Below are positions 25,628-38,861 of a DNA stretch of 64,000 bases, in pieces; positions within the stretch are counted from its first letter, which is position 1; each line of letters begins with the position of its first letter. Source of the DNA: Octopus bimaculoides (taxonomy: Eukaryota); contig NC_068981.1 of assembly GCF_001194135.2 (NCBI RefSeq), positions 32,852,659-32,916,658 of the forward strand. The letters run 5' to 3'. The notes beneath the pieces are model-generated. The model had not been told where the DNA came from, made no database searches, and saw only the letters and a program-made list of their open reading frames with translations. Both the position numbers and the translations under genes were made by a program.

Positions 25628-28332
25628 GTTTATATAAAATTTGAACCCCTCTTAAGACCATGAGAGTATCATTCTAACAAAGCAACATTAGAAGTTAAAT
25701 CTGCTACATCGTTTCATTTTTAGACAAGCTGATTGGATGTCACTAACAAATACATATTTCTGTTCAGTTGTAAACGTAAGATTTTGGCTTCAACTACAGT
25801 ATATTTTAGACTAGCCTGCTTCACAGCAATAGAGCTCAGTCAAATCAACATCACCTTCAGAGTCAATGCAAGGGATGTGGCCTGCAGTACTCATCATCAT
25901 CATTTAACACTAGTTTTCCATGCTGGCATGGGTTGGACAAGACTTGAACGGCAACACCAAGTTCCAGTCTGTTTTAGCTTGGTTTCTATGGCTGGATGCT
26001 CTTCCTAACATCAACCCCTTTACTGGGTGCTTTTTACATGCCACCATACTACATATGAAAATGTACATCCTTAAGGAATTTCATTTTCTTTTACCACAAA
26101 TGAATGGCATTCTATCCTATTTGTACTGCCTCATATATAAGATAGATATGATCATCACATGGAGTAGCTTATGATGTGCTTCCATTAGCTATAAAATGTA
26201 ATGACTATAGGCTTGTCACTGCTGTTTTTGTATCTGGTGGTGCAACAGAAAAGTTTCTGTACTCTCAACAATCACTTACTGGTGAACCAATCCATATAAA
26301 TGAATATCTTGGTTATTACTCATTAGTCTTGTCTCATAAGAGGAATCAGATTATTAGCCCCTCACCTCCTCCCTTAAAACTGGATGTTGCAGTTATGAAA
26401 GTTTGGGATTTTGTTACAAAAGCAAGTGGAGTGATCAGGAAAATGATGCTTCCATCACCCAAGCCAAAGAATTTTATGCATCAAGTTGAGACATGATATT
26501 TAAGTTATCCACAGTAATTTCAAAATTCAGTCATGAACCCTGTTCACATACAGTCTTTTGAATGCAAGATCTCAAACTGTATAGATTATCAACAATGTAA
26601 TACACAACCATGCTTTTATGATACTTTAACAAGGCATATTTATAAAATACACCAATTATCTCCAAGCATAAAATTGACAACTTACATAACATAGTTTAAA
26701 ATGCATTGAGACAGAAAAGAAAGATGGGATAGACATAGCTGGAATGTACTTGATCATAGGATTATTCAGTCAGAGCCAATTAGGTTCATATAAGAGAGAA
26801 AGGTGGAGGTTATTTTAATGGCTGACTACTCAGAGATACATGGCATATGTTATAAATATGCCAAGTATCATAAAAGCATGAAACTATGAGGAGCTCTTTC
26901 AGTTGTGTATTAAATTGATACATAAATAGGTTACAGTTAGTACAAAGTTCAAGCACCATTCACATGTTAAGATGCCTTTGGAATAACATTGCTTTTGTTA
27001 CAAGCTTATTACTGACCAGTGTAAAATCCAACAAACTATTATTATTTACATAATTATTGTGGATTGCAAAGTCACCCAATATTAAGTTTGTATGACTCCT
27101 TCCAGTTCATTAATCTAACATTAAATTCGCCAGTAACTGATATGTCGTTTTGTTATAATTAATTGCTGAAATAGAATCTTAGTCATTGATCATTCAGTCT
27201 GTAATTAGAAGCTTGGTATTCAAGTAGTTTCCCATTGTCGGCACCTGGATCATAGGAAAGATTGAATTCAAGGTAATGAAATTAACAATAGTATATTCTC
27301 GATCTTTGCAGTGGTGGATACTTATTAATAGCCATGTGGATAGTGTCGGTAAATGATATCTCAACTATAAACTCTGATTACAGACCACCCCATTCCATGC
27401 AGAGTAATCTAGCACAATATTTAGTACAAGAGGGAATTCAAACTTTGTTGTCTACTTGGACAGGGTACATAACTCTTGTTAGACATGTTCCATTCTTACT
27501 TTGCAGTTGAGTAATAAACTATTATAAATATCCTCCATTTTTCTGTCTTATCTAAACCTAAGAGGCTCTGAGGAAGCTTGTGCGATTTAAGAGAGATTTG
27601 ACTGTTATTTCCAGCAAATCTAGCTATCTCTGGAGTCTTCCTGTGGCTTCCATCTGTAAAAACTATAGTACTAACAATAAGCAAATGTTTTAAGTTTCAA
27701 CCATCTTGTTATTAGCTGTATATAAAGCTTTATTTTTCAAGATAGAAACCTTTCATAATTAACCAGCACTTTGATGCATGATAAATAGACAATCATTCTA
27801 TTCCACAAGATATTCATCAAAAAGAAAATCAGATCTCTTACCTCCAGGAGGTAGGAGGATGCAGTTATCATCATATAAGAAATTTTCACATAAGAATGAT
27901 AGAATTAAAAGTAACCCAGATATTAGCCTTTTAGTCAAGCACATCTAATGTTTACCACCACTACCACTGCAAACTTCCTAATATAGGAACATGCATGGCT
28001 GAATGATTAAGACGTTCACTTCCCACCCACATGGGTTTAAATTCAATTCTACAGTGTCACACCTTGGACAAGCTATTTTCTACTATGATTCCAGGTCAAC
28101 CAAAGCCTTTTGTATGTTGTATTTAGTAGAAACTGAAAGCAGCTTGTGTGTGTGTGCATGTGTAACTTAATCCAGACACATTTTTTCCACTCTCCTTATT
28201 TCTTTCTGTAGAAGAGTGAAGGCTTGAAACATCACTCATTTTCCCTCAGCGCCAAACTAATATACTTTGTTTGCTGTTACCTTACCTGTCTCTCGCACAA
28301 TTTTGAACTACACACATACACACATTATTTTA

Positions 28333-28520
28333 ATAAAGGTCACAATACATGTATTAAAGAGCTACTAATAGTTTCATATGTTGAGAAAATTCAAACATAT
28401 TCTTCAGGTGCAAACCACGTATCATAACAAACTAAAGAAATTGAATAATAGAATACGTTTGAGTTTTCTCAACATATGAAACTATTAGTAGCGTTTTAAT
28501 ACATGTATTGTGACCTTTAT
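28333..28520. repeat. Fold-back element with 70-bp inverted arms (66/70 matched) and 48-nt spacer; MITE-like
   Basis: The arm at 28333-28402 is the reverse complement of 28451-28520 apart from 4 mismatches. The ORF track shows the same peptide ([21 protein letters not shown]) on both strands. Confidence 0.93.
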
Positions 28521-28578
28521 ATAAATATTTATCTCTCACCAGATGGAGTACTTTTTTTGTTGAATTTTCTATCATGGA

Positions 28579-28650
<72 letters not shown>

Positions 28651-28934
28651 GGGAGGGAACCTTTGGCTTAACCCATGATTGCCAAGGAGTGTCACTGTCA
28701 TACAAACAGTGTAGTTTGTTTCCACTCTTCATGAAAAGATGTCCAGCCATGAGTGAATATTAACTTGTTTCAAAACAGATGAGTGATGGTGGCAGAAAGA
28801 GCATCTGGCCATAGAAAATTTGCTTCAACGAATTCTGTCTGATCCAGACTATTAAAAAAAAAAAAAGACAAATTGACCAGCACTTCTCACCCATGCACAT
28901 CATATCAAAATATAAAGTCAATATTATTATTAAT

Positions 28935-29110
28935 GTGAAAGCACATGGCTTAATGGTTAGGGTGTTGCACTCATGATCATTAAGATTGTGGTTTCAATTC
29001 CTGGACCGGGTGATGCAAAACATTTCACCTCATGCTCCTCCAGTTCACTGAGCTGGCAACCTGCAACAGACTGGCATCCCAACCAGGGCAATAATATATA
29101 CGCCCCAGAA
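28935..29110 (+). mobile_element. Decayed tRNA-headed SINE
   Basis: The head catggcttaatggttagggtgttgcactc...ggtttcaattcctggacc resembles the family C head. The body is different. Confidence 0.55.
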
Positions 29111-29290
29111 TCATATAATCCTTTGGCTCAAAGAAGACATTTGATTTGATTTTCTTTCTTTTTTTGATCATTAGATACAGATACCAGGTGTGATTAATTA
29201 GAGAGTAACATTGTTATTCCGTAGAAAGACTCAAAGATGAAATTTCACAAATATCTTCATGAAAATAAATAAAACATCTTAATTTTAAAA

Positions 29291-29296
29291 TTTAAT
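29291..29296 (-). terminator. Putative poly(A) signal (ATTAAA) of SNRPB
   Basis: ATTAAA lies about 150 nt after the stop on the minus strand and is followed by a U/GU-rich tract (gatgttttatttattttc). Confidence 0.5.
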
Positions 29297-29446
29297 TAGC
29301 ATCAAATAATTGTGTGTGGAAAAAAATGCTTAGAAAAGGAAACATATCGGAATAGTATGAATGATATCTGAATTTGGTTGTAAAATGTTCATGAATTTTT
29401 GCAGTTGTAAATCACTGCCCTTTCCTAGATAGACTTAGGTATTTGG

Positions 29447-29487
29447 TCACGGTCGTGGGGGAGGTCCTCTCATACCAGGTGGTGGGC
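29447..29487 (-). CDS. SNRPB: SmB terminal coding exon 5 ([13 protein letters not shown])
   Basis: The minus strand reads ttttctatttttag|GC CCA CCA CCT GGT ATG AGA GGA CCT CCC CCA CGA CCG TGA. The phase matches exon 4 and the peptide resembles the human SmB' C-terminus GPPPPGMRPPRP. Confidence 0.92.
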
Positions 29488-31024
29488 CTAAAAATAGAAA
29501 ATAAAATATATAAATATATCATGAAAAAAAAAAAACACAGGTAAAAAATGAAATTAAGAAACTTGAAACTTCTGTAAGCACAATGAATTAAATTCCAAAT
29601 TTTATTAGATTATTGTAAATATATATTGCAATGAACAGCAGAAACAATAGCACGGAAATACTATAATGCCTTGTGGTAGTTAATCATGTTTCTTTATATG
29701 CCGAGTTTTAATCCAACAAAGATTGACTTTACTTTTCATTCTTTGAAGATTGATAAAATAAAGCAGCAATCAACTACAGAGGTTGATTTAGTCAATGTTC
29801 ACTAAAGCAAAATGTGCCCCCTTGTACCTAGAAATTAATATTGTTCCTGTTCCTTCTATTACTATACTTTAACCCTTTAGCATTCAGATTATACTGTCAA
29901 ACATAATGCTTATTTATTCCAATTGTCTTGTACTAATCATGCATTATCTCATAGCTTCGAGATTTCAATGATGTGATTGCTTATTTTTAGACTGACATTG
30001 TAGTGAAGGTGAGAGAGGCTGGATCTGGCCAGTTTGAACATAAAGCACATAGAATATTGGGCCAGATTTGGCCAGTTTAAATGCTAAAGGATTAAACTTC
30101 TACCTGCATCACTACTAAATTCTCACTCAGTCTTGTGAGTTTCAGAACAAATGTTAGTACAGGCACCAGAAATAAAACACCCAGTATGCTCAGCAAAGTG
30201 GTTGGCATTAGGAAACACATCCGGCTATAGAAACCATGCCAACACTAAGACCATGCAACCCACACCAGCATAGGAAGCAGATATGAAATGAGGATCATGA
30301 CAACAAATTTGGTAAATTTAATGTCAGTCAAGGTTCTTCACACTGTTATCGTATTCTCTACCTCACAAAATGTTCATATCTTGACATGAATTTCAGAGAG
30401 GATATAAGAAGTAGAACAAGACTTAACAGCAAAACAAGACTAACAGTTGTTATAGAAAGGAGTCATGACTATGTACTCAAATTAATTTTGGATTTCACCT
30501 AAAAACAATCTTCACAACATATGACGTGTTACAAGCCAACAAAGTAGCCACTAAACAGTTACCCAGACTGTTAGAAATGGTTGTCAAGTTTTCCTCAAAT
30601 TCCAGCCGTTTTGAAAAGAAACTGGCACATTAGATGGTGTGGTTGTAGAAACCCTTAAAAAGTCAGGATGGTCACAGATTTGCTTGACCAGGGTTGAACT
30701 GGAGCTAAACAACAGATAACACTGAGTGGGTGGGCAGGCAGGCAGACAGATATAATTACAGTTTATTTAGCTCTGTATGTTCACATACTAGGGTACATGG
30801 ATGTATATATTGGGTTGGTGCAGAATCAACTGCTTTATAATTTAATTAATAATTAATCAAAAATAAGTCGTTAATTACACACCAATCCAATATACACACA
30901 TGATAAATTATATTATTTGTGTGTGTGTTATGGTTTATTTAACCTTGCACGTATGTATATACACATAATAGATTATACACACACACATATATATACACTT
31001 AGACACACAAAGCAGGGTGCATGG

Positions 31025-31091
<67 letters not shown>

Positions 31092-34000
31092 ACATTACAT
31101 TATATATCATCATCATCGAAGTCCATGTTCCATGCTGGCATGAGTTGACATGGAAAAGAGGACATTTAAACGTGTGTGCGCACGCACACACACACACACA
31201 CACACACACTCATAGAGCTTAAATATTTCAGACACTGAACACTTAACTTACTAAATAGTTGAAATGTACTTTTAAAAAGCATCCCAACAATTGGATTTGT
31301 TTGAGATTTTATTTCTGGCAGTGTATCATCTACTACCTACCACAAGCAGAAATACTAAAATTCTGCCTGATGCAGCAGCCACAAGAGAGTTCAGCTGAGC
31401 TCCAACCAATTATTGTCATAAACAGTTAAACACTGTGGGAATCAATATATCTAACTAAATTGTGACCGTCGGTTATCTATAGAGCACTTTACTTAGCTGC
31501 TACTGGCAACAACACACTAAACAGCAACAGCAACAGCATCCAATCGCCACAGCATGAATTGGAAATTCAGAGTAAGGAAGAAGTGGGGAGGAGAAATCTT
31601 CAAAGTGAAGAAAGACTGGTGGAGAGGAGGAGGTGGTGTGTTTGGTTTAAATTGAACTTGTTTGATGGAAAATATGTGAGTGGTGTGGTGTGGATGTAAA
31701 GTAATGGGAAAGGGAGGCAATTAACACAGTATCTTGTAGGCACAAAAACACCTGACAGTGCCCAAAGGCAGATTGTTAATGCATATTCTAGCTGTAGAAC
31801 ACAATAAATGGAAGCAGTATTCAAAAAGATGAAATTGCTTTAATTTGATAGCCCAGCAGATAAATTCAGAGTGCCACAACCTTGGGCCATGGTTGAGGTA
31901 ATTGCAAACTCGTGTAGTGTATCTTGTCTGTCAGTAAAGAAATTGCAGACTAGATATTTTTGGTCCCTTGCTAAATAAAAATAACAACAATAACAACAGC
32001 ATTAAGAATAATAATAACAATAATTTTACTGCAACAAATAATAAATGCTGCAAGAATAGAAAAATCAGAAAATGGAAAAATGGAAAAGACTGCTGCAGAT
32101 AATACGAAGAGGGAAGCAACATCAAGTAACAGAGAAAGATCAACAACAGAAATATAACTTGTGTTATTTTCCTAATCTCTCCCTCTAGATTACTTTTCAA
32201 TACACAACATTACAGGAAAACCTATACAAAAGGCTGCTGAATAAACAAACAGCTAAGTTACTCTTTACTGAGAAAACAAACTAATTTATAGCCGCGATGT
32301 TATCCTTGACGTAATATTATCAACATTTATTGTAATCATGGACCATTATCAAAACTGCAAAAGCAGTAGTATTTGTTTGTTTGTTTCATGTCCATTTTTA
32401 CAAGCTAGCATGGATTGGATGAATATTTATTATTGAAATATTATTTTAAAGTTGGATGCCCTTCCTGTCACTAACCTTCATGTTTTCCCAAGTGAAAGAT
32501 ATTTTTTATTCCATCTTCAAAAGCACAGAGCTAAGAATAATTTGTTAACAAGGAATGTCAGCATAACATCACTGTTTTTTTTTATTTAATAGGTTTCATC
32601 CAGAAGTAGAATGTAGACATTCACCCACACACATTAGCCTTGTGGTTAAAAAGTTCACTCCTCAATTACATAGTTTCAGGTTCAGCATAAATACAGACAG
32701 GGTTATGTGACTAAGAAACTTGCTTCTCAATCATATGGTTACAAGTTCAATACCACTGCATGGCACTTTAGGCAACTGTCTTAGCTGTAACCCTACACTA
32801 AAAAGCTTGTTGGTGAATTTAGTATATGGAAACTGTATAAAGCCCATGTGTGTGCATATGTATGTATATAAGTATGTTTGTATGTTTCTTCTATCTTTTA
32901 ATTATTATAAATCCTCCACTAAGGAGGGAGCCGCTTTCCGACAAAGATACAAGGCTCCATCATTGGGATGGAGTTAACACAGACAGATTCACATTTGGCA
33001 CTTGTGAAAAAAGTCTTGCATATTTTTACTGTTCCACTCACAGATTGCACCTGTAATGTACGAATTAGCCAGTCGATTTCTCTTTCTGAAAATCTCAGTT
33101 TATCCAGATTCTCCTTCAAGTATTTACTAACAAAACCTAGTGTTCCAATTATCAGTACGAATATGAATTCATAGTTTGGATATAGAAGCTGGAGGTTTCA
33201 GAGCAGTTGTCCATAGATACCCTCTTTTTCTTTGATTTTCAAAGTGATATTTATATCTGCAGGGCAGCTGACCTTTATAATGGTACATACCTTTGCCCCT
33301 CTGTCCAAAACAACAATATCCAGCTTGTTATGCTTACATTTGATAGAAGTTTTGATGGGAAGATTCCACCAGCATTCCTTGAGTTGGTGTTCATGAATGT
33401 ATTCCATAACAAAGGGATTTTCTAAGTTTATTTCAGGACTGTCTTTTTTGCGGATGGCATTGTAAATTGTTTTAGCAACAGCATCGTGCTGCAGAGGGAG
33501 GTAGTACCATGACGACATTTTAGGACGGCTGCTAATCACATGCATGTTATCTTCCATGGAAACATGACATAGCCTACACATGCGGTTGCACCTTGGGATT
33601 ACAAGAGTGTAACTGTCTCTCTTGTTCACCAGGTACTTTGTGGCAATCTCTTGTTCCGAGATTGCAAACACATAGTAAACTCTGTAACGCGGTTGGTGTT
33701 AGGAAGGGCATCCAGTCATAGAAATCATGCCAAAACAGACAATGGAGCTTAGTGTGGCCCCTTGTCTTACCAGTTCCTGTCAGGCTGTCCAACCCATGGA
33801 AAACAAACATTAAATGATGGAAGTCAAAATTTAAAAACAAAAAACAAAGGAAGGGTGCACAATTGTAAGAGACATTAAAACATTTTATAGTAAGGTTAAA
33901 AAAGAATATTCATCACACACATGGTTTTCCTCTGAAATCATCTGATACCAATTGCTTAACACCAGGTCAGCAATGATTGAGCAAACGTGATCAAAGATTA

Positions 34001-37000
34001 TTTTCCAATCTTTTCTTTTTAAGCAAAAATGGCTGCTGTTTTTAGCAGGTCAAGCCAACAACTGTTTGCTCTCAATAAGAGATTCAATAACTACCTAGAG
34101 CTGGTGATATTTACAGGTTTTAATTAAGAGATAAACAAATCACATTGTACTCTATGGGTGCAACCAGTGCTGACTGCAATAGAAAGTATATGATGCCATG
34201 AGTATAATAACATTATTTGAAGGTGTTAGCATGATAATCAACCCACTATCAACAGCAACACTGACCATCTCTCTTTAAATCCACCAATCTATTAATGAAA
34301 GCCTCTTCCATATAATACACCAAATTAGGGAACCTTTTCTACATCGATAATAAACAGATTCATAATTACTGATATTGATCAAGTTTTAATTACATAATAA
34401 TTTAAGTAGTTTGCCTTTTGCCTATTAATAAGCAATAAGTATACAAATGGGCACCATGATATGTATGGTTGCAACATCTGCCAGAAATGGAGTATTTCAC
34501 AGTGCAGTGACCCCATGCCTGGGAACTATGCTCAGTGCAAGTGCATAAAATTGTTTGCATCTAAGATCATTAATTTGAGTAAATCCAGGAATCTGCAGCT
34601 AGTTGGTGTATGTGTGCATGTGTACTTGTTGCTCAAGTAATGGTACATTTCTAATCAAATCACAGCCCTTATGAATAAAAATGGTTAAGTGTTTTTTTTT
34701 TTTTTGTTGTTTTTATATTTCTGCGGTTAAATATGTGTTCTATAACTGCTGATACGGTAACAATGTTGTTTACAGTTGAAAAGGTAAATAATGCTCTGAG
34801 TACCATAAACTAATACATTAAAATAAAAACAAGGAAATTTGTTTATTTTCTGGGATATACAAGAGCAAGCACCATGCAACATCTGCATTTTACATTGTGA
34901 AGTTGGTTTCACAGAATCAGTTGTTCCAAGATAAGCATGTAAGCTCAGTAAATCTCAATATCTATTGTTAAAATTGCTTTAAATTGTTTAATAGCTTCTT
35001 TTCAAGAAGTTTTCTCTGGATGACCATAGGGACACCAGCAGAAGTATCATGGTATCTGGAGCCATACTGAACTTCTACAAAACTACTCTGCCTTTACATT
35101 GAAAGAGAGAAAGACACATGCAATTTACACTATGTTAGCACACAAAACAAGATACAATGAAATAAAATTGAAATGGTCTAATACCTGGTGGTGGTCCTCT
35201 CATAGCAGGTGGAGGTGGTGCAGCACGTCCCATTGGAGGTGGCCCTCGCATTCCCATCATCATATTTCCAGGAGGTGCAGCACCCCGAGCAGGAGCTAAA
35301 ACAGATAAATCATCAATACATTAACAAGAGCAAAAGTTATTGCCTATAAGTCCAATACACACTATATATATATAGAAATAATTGAGATTCAGTTGAATTA
35401 GGTAATTAAGCTGAAGCACCAAGTCAGTCCGGTATTATCCACACAGCTCCAAGTAAGGTGAATAAAATCAAAATAAGCAACAGGATATCCTGTTGCTTAT
35501 TTTGATTTTAAAGTCTGTCATACCGGCCATGATGAAATACCACAAGGTATAGAAAATACGTATTCGCCTTTATATATTTAATCCTTTATATTGAACACTC
35601 AATAAGACATATTCCATATATCCAATAAGACATTCAATACTTTATTTCATAGTACCATCCATTTTTATTTTATATTATATATTATATATTGTGTATTCCA
35701 TATCCCACATTGGTTTTGCAGGAATATAAATAAAACATAAAAAACAGACAGTGTTGGAACTCTTTTAAACANNNNNNNNNNNNNNNNNNNNNNNNNNNNN
35801 NNNNNNNNNNNNNNNNNNNNNNNNNNNNNNNNNNNNNNNNNNNNNNNNNNNNNNNNNNNNNNNNNNNNNNNNNNNNNNNNNNNNNNNNNNNNNNNNNNNN
35901 NNNNNNNNNNNNNNNNNNNNNNNNNNNNNNNNNNNNNNNNNNNNNNNNNNNNNNNNNNNNNNNNNNNNNNNNNNNNNNNNNNNNNNNNNNNNNNNNNNNN
36001 NNNNNNNNNNNNNNNNNNNNNNNNNNNNNNNNNNNNNNNNNNNNNNNNNNNNNNNNNNNNTGTGTAAACAACATGAAGTATGAAATCAAACAAGTTAAAC
36101 ACGCAAAGAAAAAGAGAAAAAAATGGAAAACAGGACACGTAACACGGAGAAGGACTCTTCATCAGTTGTCGGCCGTGTATCAACTCCTCATTTCGAGCAT
36201 TCAATGACAATATGAGTCTTCGAAGACAGTTGCTGCCATTAATTCCAAAATAAAATTTGGGATTTATGGAGGGTCAAATTTGGGAACAAAAAGAAGACAG
36301 AGATATACAAGGAAACCGAATAAAAACAAACATGGAGGGTTGTTAGATCAGAACGAGAGGAAAATAGTGAATGCTGGGGGAAATATTTACTTTGAAAAGA
36401 GAAAAGATAGTAGAGAGATAGATAGAAACAGAAGAGCGAGATAGATAGAAGACGTCCAGTCCTTAGAACGTCGTGCAGGAAAACAAAGATGGTCACATGA
36501 GGAAAAGAAAGATGGATGATGGTCATGTGTGAGCAACAAATTATATACAAATTATTTAAATGGCTAGTCACAATTTAAAACCAAAAGGCACAAGTATAGA
36601 CGTTACTAAAAGTGACTAATAGTGCAAGTAAGCACCAACATTGCTAGAAATACAACTCTTAGCCATGAACAGAACATTTTGTTACAAAAGCACTTATCTA
36701 TCAACTGCCCAGGGGCAACGGGGTAGCGTCAGTGATGAGAATTAATTTGACCTAAAAATCACTGTGATATGGGACCCTCACTTGCTTAGGGAGCCTGACT
36801 CCTTTGTCAATCAATAGATTAGTCCCTTTGTAACAGAAAATGTTCTGTTCATGGCTAACTGTTGTTTTAACTCTTATTTCTAGCAATACATGTGAGAGAG
36901 AGAGAGAGAGAGAGGGGGATAAAGTGAGAGTATGCATGTGTGTGAGTATCATTTAATAAATGGGATTTAAATGCAAGTTACGGTAAGTTTCATGCTCTGT

Positions 37001-37665
37001 TAGTACAATAGTTGTATGAGCTTCTATAGCATGCCATTGAGCATGTACTAGGTATGGGTGTGTGGTAAGAACCTTGATTCCCAACCACATGGTTCCAGGT
37101 TCAAGTCCCACTGAGTGGCACCTTGGAAAAATTTCTACTACAGCCTCAGGTTGATTGAAGCCTTGAGTAAATTTAACAGATGCAAACCAAAAGAAGCCTA
37201 TCACACGCGCACACACACACACACAAATGTGTATGTGTGTCCACGACAGGCTTCACTACACAACAGTTGTTGATGTTTATGTCCCCACAACATAGCGGTT
37301 CACAAAAGGTACTGATAGAATAAGAACCAAGCTTGAAAAAATAAGTATTGGGGTCAATTCATTCAACTAAAAAGTCTTCAATGCAGTGCCCAAACATGGC
37401 CACAATCTAATGACTGAATCAAATTAAAAGATATTTTATATAAATATATATATATATATATATACATAGATACATACATATATATATATATATATTAAAA
37501 GCACCCACTACACTCTGAGTGGTTGGCATTAGGAAGGGCATCCAGCTGTAGAAACTCTCCCAAATTAGATTGGAGCCTGGTGTAGCCATCCGGTTGCACC
37601 AGTCCTCAGTCAAATCGTCCAACCCATGCTAGCATGGAAAGCGGACGTTAAACGATGATGATGTC

Positions 37666-37756
<91 letters not shown>

Positions 37757-38393
37757 CATACATACATATATATATATATACACACACACATACACACTAG
37801 GTAGATAGACAGAATGGAATAGTGTGAATGTGAAATAAAGGAATGGTAAGAAACCAAGTAACACAATTCAAAAATACATCTTTCAAGGAACTAAAGTGAG
37901 TTTGTGCACTATTCTACATTTCACTTAGCACCACTAAGATTTCATGCAACACATACACACACAAAGAAGCAATTGAAGAACTCTTCCAATATCAAGATAG
38001 ATGCCTAAGAATTAAATAATAAAAGTAGATTGAAATATTAGAAGAATAGACAATAGAAGTGTCAGTGTACACTGGAGAAATATCTCAGAAAAACATCTAG
38101 AAATATTCTGTTATTTGCAAGTTCCTTTTCATGAAATAACAAAAATCTGGAAGTCAAATGAAAGAATTAAGGAGCTAACGGCTAACTTAGACTTTCATAG
38201 ATCTGCAAGCAAGTTTTAGAACACAAATACAAAACAGAAATTAAATAACAATAACACATTCAAATATAATTCATAAAATATACTGCTTGTGAACATTTAT
38301 CACAGTAAAATAAAACAAATAACAACAAAATTTAACGAAACAAACTGTGTGTGTAGCCATGCCTATGAGTGCAAGTGTGTATATGTATGTGTG

Positions 38394-38435
<42 letters not shown>

Positions 38436-38828
38436 CATACATACATACATACACACACATATTCTAAGACACTACAGAGGAAAGCATTTCTATGAAGAAG
38501 CAGTTCTAGAAGATTTCATGCCTAAGTAAACTGATGTCCATTCAAACAAGAAGACATAAGAAGGACAATATATGAATCAATTTTGCAATATATCGCCGAT
38601 TTAACTCATGGCAATATTTTTCTAATGTTTCTCATTTTTATATCATTTTCTCTCTATTATTTTTCGCTCAGATGGAAATTTTTAATGAAACAAACCAACA
38701 ATAAATGTGTTGGTAGAGGAGAGAGGAAAAACAAAAACATTAAAAAAAATTTTTTTCTTCAACTTTTCCTTTAAATTCATATATACATACATACATACAT
38801 ATATATATACATACATACATATATACAT

Positions 38829-38861
<33 letters not shown>

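Noticed and set aside
27496-27684. ORF with IVFTDGS resembling an RNase H motif
   Set aside because: The motif is short, overlaps a decayed SINE tail and has no other RNase H residues.
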